A stretch of DNA of 64,000 nucleotides, from contig JAGVQM010000019.1 of assembly GCA_020051695.1 (NCBI GenBank), positions 15,221-79,220 of the forward strand. The letters are read 5' to 3'. Source of the stretch: Candidatus Zixiibacteriota bacterium. GTDB taxonomy: Bacteria; Zixibacteria; MSB-5A5; WJJR01; JAJRUJ01. The notes below the pieces were generated by a model. That model searched no databases, had not been told where the DNA came from, and saw only the letters and a list, made by a program, of their open reading frames with translations. Shown here in pieces: positions 56,581 to 64,000 of this stretch (position 1 is the stretch's first letter; the number at the start of each line of letters is the position of its first letter). Both the position numbers and the translations under genes were made by a program.

Positions 56581-58848
56581 GTGGAGGTTGTTTCAGGGAC
56601 GCGCTGGCCGTCCCGCGTCATGTCGCAATGGTTGCTTAAATTCAGGCGGCGGCTGGCAGTGGCCAACCGTGAACGTTTTGCCCGTTGGGCGAAAACACCG
56701 CGTTACCGTACGATGCGCTTCGCGGTCGGTTTGGCGCAGGGCGCGGGGCTGGTCCTGCTGGCCCTGTTCCTCTATCCCGCAGCGGAGTTGTTCGCCCCCC
56801 AGGACTGGCCGGATGTCGGCGACGTGGCCACTGAAGACATCGTGGCTTCGGTGAATTTCCCCATTAATAAAAGCCCCGAAGAACTGGCCGAGGAACAACG
56901 GCAGGCCGAAGCGAACTCGCCGCTGTATCTGCGCTATGACCGCGCGCCGGTCGACTCGGTGCTGGACGAACTGAGGGATTTCTTCAACCGCCTGGACTCG
57001 TTGTCGGCGACCTCGTTGTCGAGCCAGTCCCTGGCCCGCCGCCTGCAGCGCGATTTCCCCTGGCTGAACCTGGACCAGCCCGAGGCGCACATCCGGGAAT
57101 GGTCCGCGTTGCGGGCGCATTTGCAGGACATTTTGCGCGGGTTCTATGTGGCCGGCATTTTCCCCAACCGGCAATACCTGCCGTTCTCGGAGAATATTTT
57201 TGTGCTGGTCATGAAGCCCGGCGGGGAAATACCGCTGAAAAAAGACCAGATCCTCGATGTGGATATGGCCCGGCGGTTATTGCGGGCGGAAATCCTGGAA
57301 GTACCCGAGGTCGCCGAGGAGACTAAGGAAAGTCTGGCGGATTTCGCCGCGCAGTTTATCGTCGCCAACCTCGAATTCGATCCGGCGATCACCGAAGCCC
57401 GGCGGGAACAGGCCGTGTCCGAGATCAAGCCGATCAAAATGAAATTTTTCGCCGGTGAACGGATCGTCCGTAAAAACCAGCGGGTGACCGCCGAACATGT
57501 CGAACGTCTGCGGGCCCTGTCCGAGTATCATGTCCGCCAGGCCCGCCATGAAAATCCGCTGGCCTTTGCCATGCCGATCGTGGCGCGCTTTGTCCTGATC
57601 GGCTTGTGTATTGCCGGAATGGGTGTTTACCTGGTGTATTTCCAGCGGCAGGAAGTCAAACGGATCAGTTCGCTTTTGGCCCTCGGACTGATCTGGGCCG
57701 GCATGATTTTGGCGACCTTTGCCATTTCGCGCGCCGGGTTGTCGGAGTATCTCATCCCGATTGCCGTGTCTTCCATTTTAGTGACCATCCTGTTCAACCT
57801 GAGCATGGGCATTTTCAACACAATTTGTCTGTCGGTCCTGCTGGGCGTCCTCGGCGGCTTCGACTTTTCCCTGACCTTTGTCAACCTGGCCGCGGGTATG
57901 GTGACGGCTTATTCGGTGCGCCGCGTACACCACCGCTATGACTTCTACCGTCCCGTGCTGTATGGAGCGGTGACCTATGTCGTGTTGATTTACCTGTTGG
58001 AAACGCTCCGGTTTCAGGATACGGGGGCGATCCTCGCCTCCTGCGGTATCGGGGTCCTGAATGCCTTTTTCTCGGCGATCCTGTGTATCGGGTTGCTGCC
58101 CGTGTTCGAAAGTCTGTTCGGTTTTACCACCGATTTGACGCTGCTGGAGTTGTCGGATTTGAATCACCCGCTGTTGCGGCGGCTGGCACTGGAAGCCCCC
58201 GGCACCTATCATCATTCGTTGATCATCGGCACGCTGGCCGAAGCCGCCGCCGAATCAATCGGCGCCAACTCGCTGCTGGCCCGGGTCGGTTCTTATTTCC
58301 ATGATGTCGGCAAAATTGAAAAACCCGAATATTTCATCGAAAACCAGACGATCGCCCGCAGCCGGCATGACAAACTCACGCCCTCGATGAGCGCGCTGAT
58401 CCTGGAATCACATGTCAAGCTCGGCCGGGACCTCGCTTTGGAATACGACATCCCGGATAAAATTATCGACTTCATCGAGCAGCATCACGGCACCACGACC
58501 ATGGATTTTTTCCTGAATAAGGCACGCAGGCAATCGCCGGATGATCTGGTACCGGATGAGGAATTCCGTTATCCGGGTCCCAAACCGCAATCCCGGGAGA
58601 CGGCAATCCTGATGCTGGCCGATTCTGCCGAAGCGGTCAGCCGCACGCTGGATAATCCGAAACCCAGCCGAATGCGGACCGCCATCCATAGCGTCGTGCG
58701 CGATAAATTTGAAGCCGGGCAGCTCGATGAATGTGACCTGACCTTGAAAGACCTCGGAAAAATCGAGGCCGGTTTTATGCATCGCCTACAGGGGGTCTTT
58801 CACAAACGCGTGGAGTATCCGGGGAAAGAGGCGGAGAAAACCACATGA
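56581..58848 (+). CDS. 7TM receptor with intracellular HD hydrolase domain (7TMR-HD, YqfF-like)
   Basis: Extracellular N-domain, 7 TM helices, C-terminal HD domain 'SLIIGTLAEAAA...YFHDVGKIEKPEYF'. Classic phoH-adjacent gene. Confidence 0.8.
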   Translation: MEVVSGTRWPSRVMSQWLLKFRRRLAVANRERFARWAKTPRYRTMRFAVGLAQGAGLVLLALFLYPAAELFAPQDWPDVGDVATEDIVASVNFPINKSPEELAEEQRQAEANSPLYLRYDRAPVDSVLDELRDFFNRLDSLSATSLSSQSLARRLQRDFPWLNLDQPEAHIREWSALRAHLQDILRGFYVAGIFPNRQYLPFSENIFVLVMKPGGEIPLKKDQILDVDMARRLLRAEILEVPEVAEETKESLADFAAQFIVANLEFDPAITEARREQAVSEIKPIKMKFFAGERIVRKNQRVTAEHVERLRALSEYHVRQARHENPLAFAMPIVARFVLIGLCIAGMGVYLVYFQRQEVKRISSLLALGLIWAGMILATFAISRAGLSEYLIPIAVSSILVTILFNLSMGIFNTICLSVLLGVLGGFDFSLTFVNLAAGMVTAYSVRRVHHRYDFYRPVLYGAVTYVVLIYLLETLRFQDTGAILASCGIGVLNAFFSAILCIGLLPVFESLFGFTTDLTLLELSDLNHPLLRRLALEAPGTYHHSLIIGTLAEAAAESIGANSLLARVGSYFHDVGKIEKPEYFIENQTIARSRHDKLTPSMSALILESHVKLGRDLALEYDIPDKIIDFIEQHHGTTTMDFFLNKARRQSPDDLVPDEEFRYPGPKPQSRETAILMLADSAEAVSRTLDNPKPSRMRTAIHSVVRDKFEAGQLDECDLTLKDLGKIEAGFMHRLQGVFHKRVEYPGKEAEKTT

Positions 58849-59336
58849 ACCCGTCAATTACCCTGACGAACCGTCATCCCCGGTTGCGCCCCGCCCACCG
58901 GCCCCTGGAAATGTTGGCCCGCCGGGTTTTTGCCGGCGAACACAAGCGGGGGACAGCCGATGTCATCCTCATCGGCTCGGCATTGCTGCATTCCCTGAAC
59001 CGGCGGTTTCTTCAGCACGACCGGACCACCGACGTTTTGTCCTTTCCCTTCGGCGCCGCGGGCAAGCCCGACAGCTCCGGGTACTGGGGTGAGGTGTATA
59101 TCAATCTCGATTTGGTCAACACTGACGCAAAAAACAACAACACGACCCTGAAAGAAGCCCTCGCCTGGCGGATGGTCCATGGCTTGCTGCACCTGTTCGG
59201 TTATGATCATCGGACAAAAGACGAGATCGTTCTCCTGGCCGGCCGTGAACGGCGCTACCTGAAGGCGGCCGGATTTTCCTATTCCGGATGGGAGTCCGAA
59301 CACAGCTCGCCGCGGCGCCAAGTGTTAGCACAATGA
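58845..59336 (+). CDS. ybeY: endoribonuclease YbeY (rRNA maturation factor)
   Basis: 'HGLLHLFGYDH' H3xH5xH zinc motif. 4-nt overlap with the upstream gene. Confidence 0.85.
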   Translation: MNPSITLTNRHPRLRPAHRPLEMLARRVFAGEHKRGTADVILIGSALLHSLNRRFLQHDRTTDVLSFPFGAAGKPDSSGYWGEVYINLDLVNTDAKNNNTTLKEALAWRMVHGLLHLFGYDHRTKDEIVLLAGRERRYLKAAGFSYSGWESEHSSPRRQVLAQ

Positions 59337-60607
59337 TGATCATCGGTCTTTCACTGGCAGTGATGGCGGCCCTGATTGTAACTTCACGGCTGGCGGCAAT
59401 CTATTCCTCGCAGTTGTTCTCGTCATCAAGTGAGCTCCTCACCGAACGGAACGATCTCACCGACCGGCAGCGCCGGTTTATCGAGGAGATCAACCGTCGT
59501 CCGCACGACCTGGTGTTTACCGCAGGACTGTTCAAATCACTGGCCTTAGTCGCCGGTTCACTGCTTACGGTGTTCCTGGTCGTCAACGGCGGAGTGTTCG
59601 GCGGGTGGGTGACGATACTATCTGCCGGGGCCGGGGCCATCACGTTCTGGTTTGTCTTTACCCTGATCGTGGATATCATGCCGCCGCCGAGCGAATCGGA
59701 CACGCGGCAGGTCCGGGCCCGTCTGGGCTTGTTGGCGGTGATTTACCACGGCTTCCGCCCCCTGCGCCGGCTGGCCGGCGCCTCCCGCGCCCGGTATGCC
59801 GAAGAGCGGCGGGACGAGGAGAAAAAGGAGGAAATCGTTGAACGCGCCATCGAAACGCTGGCCGAGGGCATCGGGACCGACGAGCCGATTATTGAGGAAG
59901 ATGAACGGCAGATGATCCAGCAGATTTTCCGGCTGGATACCACGGAGGTTAAGGAAGTCATGGTCCCGCGGATCAATATTATTGCAGTCGAACCGGAGAC
60001 CACGCTGGACCGCCTGCGCGAAATTGTCCGCACCGGCGGACACTCGCGTATCCCCGTGTATAAGGGAGATCTGGATACCATTCTGGGGATCGTGCATGTG
60101 AAAGATATTTTTTGCGGGAAGCCGGTTTCCCGTGAGCAGTTCGATTTGCGCAAGTACATCCGCCGCCCGCTGATTGTTCCCGAAACGCAGAAAATCGACC
60201 GCCTGCTCGAGGAATTCCGCCGCAAGCGCAACCATCTGGCCATTGTGGTCGATGAGTACGGCGGCACCGCCGGGCTGGTCTCCCTGGAAGACATCATCGA
60301 GGAGATCGTCGGCGAAATCGAGGACGAGCACGATTACCTCGAACCGGCGATCGTCACCAACGACGACGGGACAGTCCTCGTTTCCGGGCAGGTATCATTG
60401 GAGGAAATCACCGATCATTTTGAGTTGAAACCGTTCTCTGAGGAATTCGAGACCGTGGGCGGTCTGATTTATGATATCGTCGGCGGCGTCCCCGAACCGG
60501 GAAAAGTCATCAACAAACCGCCATTGCGCTTCATTGTGGCCCGGATCGACGGCCAGCGGATTGCCGAGATCAGGGTCGAACGCCTGCCCGAGGGTAACGG
60601 ACACTGA
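59333..60607 (+). CDS. corC: CorC/HlyC-family transporter (DUF21 - CBS pair - CorC_HlyC)
   Basis: N-terminal 4-TM DUF21, 'VMVPRINIIAV...RIPVYKGDLDTILGIVHVKDI' CBS pair, C-terminal CorC_HlyC domain. ATG 59333 overlaps the ybeY stop (ATGA). Confidence 0.8.
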   Translation: MMIIGLSLAVMAALIVTSRLAAIYSSQLFSSSSELLTERNDLTDRQRRFIEEINRRPHDLVFTAGLFKSLALVAGSLLTVFLVVNGGVFGGWVTILSAGAGAITFWFVFTLIVDIMPPPSESDTRQVRARLGLLAVIYHGFRPLRRLAGASRARYAEERRDEEKKEEIVERAIETLAEGIGTDEPIIEEDERQMIQQIFRLDTTEVKEVMVPRINIIAVEPETTLDRLREIVRTGGHSRIPVYKGDLDTILGIVHVKDIFCGKPVSREQFDLRKYIRRPLIVPETQKIDRLLEEFRRKRNHLAIVVDEYGGTAGLVSLEDIIEEIVGEIEDEHDYLEPAIVTNDDGTVLVSGQVSLEEITDHFELKPFSEEFETVGGLIYDIVGGVPEPGKVINKPPLRFIVARIDGQRIAEIRVERLPEGNGH

Positions 60608-60765
60608 TCTTCCCCACGGCGGCGAAACCGACACCCGGTCTGTGAGAGATTCTTCTTTCCCGCCATGGGTATTTTTTGACATTTCCCGACGGCAAAAAAA
60701 CCGATGCGCCGCGGCGGTTTTCGCCGTATTCTGGTGATTAGAACATAAACGGGCGGGTAAAGACG

Positions 60766-60969
60766 ATGCCGATGTTTGAATACCGCTGTGGCGAATGTGG
60801 CCGCAATTTCGAAGAACTGGTCCTGTCCCCCTCGGCCGAACGGATAGTCCGCTGTCCGGGTTGCGGGTCGGCCCGAATTCAGAAAAAAATGTCCTGCTTT
60901 TCCGGAGTGTCCGGCGTGACCGGCTCCGGGGAGGCCGCGCCTGCGCCGCCGAGTTGCGGGTATAGTTGA
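60766..60969 (+). CDS. FmdB-family zinc-ribbon protein
   Basis: 'MPMFEYRCGECGRNFE...CPGCGS' CxxC...CxxC zinc ribbon at the N-terminus. Confidence 0.75.
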   Translation: MPMFEYRCGECGRNFEELVLSPSAERIVRCPGCGSARIQKKMSCFSGVSGVTGSGEAAPAPPSCGYS

Positions 60970-61027
60970 CGGGCGTAAGCGGCGGCCGTGCGCCGTCATT
61001 GCCCGGACCGGGGGTAGCAGAATCCGG

Positions 61028-61624
61028 TTGTCAAAGCGACGAATCGGAAATATCCGGGATATGAACGTCCCTCCGCGACAGTCATCTCGCGCAACCTCCG
61101 GCGGGGCAAAATCATTGCAGACTGACTTGTTCTACCCTGATTTGCGGCGGCTACCTGGGACTTCGGAACTAGCCTTGCTCTTTAACCGTCTCAACGAAAA
61201 GCACTTCGATAATAAATTACCCCCGGCGCAGGTATCCTGGTCCACCCGGCTGCGCATTGCCGGGAACTGCCGTCCGGACAGCCGGGAAATCCGCCTGTCG
61301 GTCAGTTATCACATTCATTTCCCCGAGGAAGTCGAACACACCCTGCTGCATGAGATGCTGCATCTAATTTATCCCACGCACGATGCGGCTTTCAAGCGCG
61401 CGGCGGAGAAACTCGGTGTGTCAATAAATTGCCGGGAATACCCCGGGGTACACCCCCGCAGCCGGTTTGTATACATCTGTCCGGGGTGCCGAACCGTGTA
61501 CCACCGGCAAAAACGCGGCAATATTTCCTGCGGCAAATGTTCGGGTAACGGGTACGATCCCCGGTTCAAGCTGGTGCTCCAAAAATCACCGCCCCGCACA
61601 CCCCGGGTGCGGCCGACCAGTTGA
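61028..61624 (+). CDS. SprT-like zinc metallopeptidase-fold protein
   Basis: 'HTLLHEMLHL' HExxH in a SprT-like context plus C-terminal zinc ribbon 'CPGCRTVYHRQKRGNISCGKC'. Start could be the internal ATG at 61061. Confidence 0.65.
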   Translation: MSKRRIGNIRDMNVPPRQSSRATSGGAKSLQTDLFYPDLRRLPGTSELALLFNRLNEKHFDNKLPPAQVSWSTRLRIAGNCRPDSREIRLSVSYHIHFPEEVEHTLLHEMLHLIYPTHDAAFKRAAEKLGVSINCREYPGVHPRSRFVYICPGCRTVYHRQKRGNISCGKCSGNGYDPRFKLVLQKSPPRTPRVRPTS

Positions 61625-61648
61625 CAAATCGCAAAAAAATCGTATATA
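61621..61648 (+). promoter_or_regulatory. near-consensus sigma70 promoter for tRNA-Met (TTGACA-16-TATATA)
   Basis: TTGACAaatcgcaaaaaaatcgTATATAtc ends ~14 nt before the tRNA 5' end. The -35 overlaps the sprT-like stop codon. Confidence 0.55.
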
Positions 61649-61662
61649 TCTAGGCCTTTTGT

Positions 61663-61736
61663 GGCGGTGTAGCTCAGCTGGCTAGAGCAGCGGAATCATA
61701 ATCCGCGTGTCCGGGGTTCGAATCCCTGCACCGCTA
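61663..61736 (+). tRNA. tRNA-Met (anticodon CAT; elongator-type, could be tRNA-Ile2 if lysidinylated)
   Basis: GGCGGTG/TA/GCTC-AGCTGGCTA-GAGC/A/GCGGA-ATCATAA-TCCGC/GTGTC/CGGGG-TTCGAAT-CCCTG/CACCGCT/A. Lacks initiator features. CCA not encoded. Confidence 0.85.
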
Positions 61737-61899
61737 CTTTCTGTAATCGATTTATTCGCGACCTGTGTTGGATTGCACCACCATATCTTCCTCGCGAAAC
61801 CGCATCTGTTGTCATCGCCACGAGGTTTGGTCAGTTAGTCTCCCGGCGCACTGGACAACAAGGCAGCTGGCGTTGAGCTGTCATAGTCCCAATACTGAT

Positions 61900-64000
61900 T
61901 TATTCTTCAGTTTTCGTGCGCTTCCCGAATAACACGTATAATACCGGCAGAACGAGTAACGTCAGTCCGGTAGATGACACGATCCCCCCAACCACCACGG
62001 TGGCCAGCGGACGCTGCACTTCTGCGCCGACACCTGACGAGATCGCCATCGGCACAAATCCCAAGGCAGCCACGAGTGCCGTAATGAGTACAGGACGCAA
62101 GCGTGTTACCGCACTTTCCCGCACGGCACTTTCAATATCCAGCCCTTCCGACCGCAGTCGCTTGATTGTTGAAACCAGTACCAGCCCGTTCAGTACTGCA
62201 ATGCCGGATAGAGCAATGAAACCGACGCCGGCCGAAATGGAAAATGGCATGCCGCGCACCGCGAGGGTCACCACACCGCCCACCGCCGCGAGCGGGACGC
62301 CCGAGAAAATGAGCAGGGCATCCCTGGCCGATTTATAGGTCCAGAAGAGAAGTCCGAAAATCAGCGCCAACGCGAGAGGCACCACCATCGCAAGCCGCAA
62401 ACGGGCACGTTCGAGGTTCTCAAATTGTCCACCGAGTCGAATGAAATATCCGGCCGGCAACGAGATCTCGGCATCCAGCCGACGACGGAGCTCTTTCACG
62501 AAAGACCCGATATCTCGGCCTCGTACATTACATTGTACGACGATGCGGCGCTTACTCCATTCCCGAGTGATTGTCGATGGTCCCTCATCCAACGCGGCGG
62601 TCGTCACCTGATCAAGACTTACGATGCTGCCTGTGCCCGAGGTCAGGAACACTTGATCGATATCTTCCGGTCCTTTGATTTGTGTCGTATCCACTTGCAC
62701 GACCAACTCAAATCGGCGCTGTCCTTCGAAAACATCGCCGACGGCCAAACCGCCAATGCTTTCAATGGCCATCAGCACATCTCGTGCCGACAGGCCGAAC
62801 CGTGCCAAGCGCTGCCGATCCACCGCCAGCCGAAGCTGCGGTTGTCCCGTTACTTGTTCGACGGAAACATCCGCCGCACCGGATATTTGTTTTGCTACTG
62901 CAGCAATCTGTTCTCCTTTTTCCACCAGGACCGCCAAATCGTCCCCGAACAGTTTGATGCCGATATCCGATCGAATGCCGGCGATCATTTCGTTCACCCG
63001 CATCTCGATCGGTTGTGTGAAGATCCGATTCTGTCCGGGAAGGTCGGCCAGCTCGGCATCCATGGCTGCTGTCAACTCCTCCTGAGTACCCGCTTTCGTC
63101 CACTGCTCTGTCGGCTTTAAAGAAATAAACATATCCGACAGCTCCAGTCCCATGGGATCGGTCGACAGCTCGGCCGTGCCGGTCCTGGTCCAGATTCGCT
63201 CGATCTCGTCCGGGAATGCCTCGAGTAGATTTCGCTCGATTCGCGTATTGTATTCAACTGTTTGCTCCAGCGAGATGCCGGCCAAACGAACCAGATTAAT
63301 GACGATCGTCCCTTCTCTCAGTCGCGGCACAAACTCAGAGCCCAGACGACTGAACAGCAATGCGCCGGAGGCAACCAGGATCAGGGCCAGCACCAGGACC
63401 ACCCGTTTGAAGCGCAGTCCCCAGTCCAGCACCGGCTCATACACATGGCGCAGTCCGCGGACGAGCACCGGCTCCCGCTTCCGTGCGGTGCCGGTTAGAA
63501 AACTGCCGATCAAGGCCGGAATGACAGTGAAGGAGAGGATCAGTGATCCGGTGAGCACAAACACCACCGTCAGCGCCATGGGTTGAAAAAGCTTGCCCTC
63601 CACCCCCTGCAGCGTCAGAATAGGCAGATAGACGGTGATGATAATCAGTTCGCCGAATAACGTCGGTTTTCGCACCTCCAGGATTGCTTCACGAATGACC
63701 TGCAGCCGGTCGGATGACCCATCTGCCTGTGAAAGCCGCCGGACGGAGTTTTCCACCTGAATGACGGCATTATCAACTGCCAAGCCGAAATCGATTGCTC
63801 CGAGACTCATCAGGCTGCCGACGATACCCACGCGCGACATAAGATCAAGAGCGAACAACATCGACAGCGGAATCGCCGAGGCCACAATCAACCCGGCCCG
63901 AAAATTCCCCAGAGAGATAAACAAAATGACGACGACGAGAAGCGCACCATAGAGGAGGTTATGGGTAACCGTCGAAAGGACTTTGTCGACCAACTTCGTC
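61900..64000 (-). CDS. RND efflux transporter (AcrB/CzcA superfamily), 5'-truncated at window edge
   Basis: C-terminal half of an RND pump: TM helices 7-12 and periplasmic loops, ending 'LLVLPVLYVLFGKRTKTEE'. The N-terminus lies beyond nt 64000. Confidence 0.8.
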   Translation of the reverse strand, partial: TKLVDKVLSTVTHNLLYGALLVVVILFISLGNFRAGLIVASAIPLSMLFALDLMSRVGIVGSLMSLGAIDFGLAVDNAVIQVENSVRRLSQADGSSDRLQVIREAILEVRKPTLFGELIIITVYLPILTLQGVEGKLFQPMALTVVFVLTGSLILSFTVIPALIGSFLTGTARKREPVLVRGLRHVYEPVLDWGLRFKRVVLVLALILVASGALLFSRLGSEFVPRLREGTIVINLVRLAGISLEQTVEYNTRIERNLLEAFPDEIERIWTRTGTAELSTDPMGLELSDMFISLKPTEQWTKAGTQEELTAAMDAELADLPGQNRIFTQPIEMRVNEMIAGIRSDIGIKLFGDDLAVLVEKGEQIAAVAKQISGAADVSVEQVTGQPQLRLAVDRQRLARFGLSARDVLMAIESIGGLAVGDVFEGQRRFELVVQVDTTQIKGPEDIDQVFLTSGTGSIVSLDQVTTAALDEGPSTITREWSKRRIVVQCNVRGRDIGSFVKELRRRLDAEISLPAGYFIRLGGQFENLERARLRLAMVVPLALALIFGLLFWTYKSARDALLIFSGVPLAAVGGVVTLAVRGMPFSISAGVGFIALSGIAVLNGLVLVSTIKRLRSEGLDIESAVRESAVTRLRPVLITALVAALGFVPMAISSGVGAEVQRPLATVVVGGIVSSTGLTLLVLPVLYVLFGKRTKTEE

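Noticed and set aside
59288-59332. Extended N-terminus of the corC ORF (MGVRTQLAAAPSVST...) overlapping ybeY by 49 nt
   Set aside because: An internal ATG at 59333 gives the typical ATGA overlap with the ybeY stop and starts directly at the first DUF21 TM helix. The longer start is unlikely.
1-64000. Search for CRISPR arrays, IS elements or prophage genes
   Set aside because: No short direct-repeat/spacer arrays. No transposase, integrase, recombinase or phage structural-protein signatures in any frame.

Overview
This is a high-GC (about 60-65% by eye) bacterial chromosomal window with Gram-negative hallmarks: an Omp85-type β-barrel, lipoproteins, an RND pump and a MacB-type ABC pair. Most of it is housekeeping: argS, aroA, trpF, dapF, aspS, the conserved phoH / 7TM-HD / ybeY / corC operon, two tRNA genes (Arg-TCT and Met-CAT), plus transporters and peptidases.

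The standout is an uncharacterised four-gene membrane-protein cassette (A-B-C-D) present three times, all on the minus strand. Two complete copies sit head-to-tail as an 8-gene array at 34920-42225, ending about 100 nt upstream of tRNA-Arg. A third copy lies 28 kb away at 3388-6906. The cassette encodes a signal peptide / Fn3-like ectodomain / TM / conserved cytoplasmic-domain protein (A), a polytopic membrane protein (B), a bitopic protein with a large periplasmic domain (C) and a second polytopic protein (D). The copies share family-wide invariant motifs but are only about 50-60% identical, so they are ancient paralogues. I could not match any of the four proteins to a named family from sequence alone. 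Next to the array is a 979-aa lipoprotein with five Fn3 repeats of the same subtype as the A ectodomain.

Other notable items are a site-2-protease::HlyD fusion protein, a PlpD-like patatin::Omp85 (type Vd) protein, an ERCC4-like + (HhH)2 protein with substituted nuclease-motif residues, a low-GC islet gene, and a spermidine-synthase domain embedded in a large polytopic membrane protein. No CRISPR array, transposase or integrase was seen. Many long antisense ORFs in the six-frame track are treated as GC-driven artefacts.
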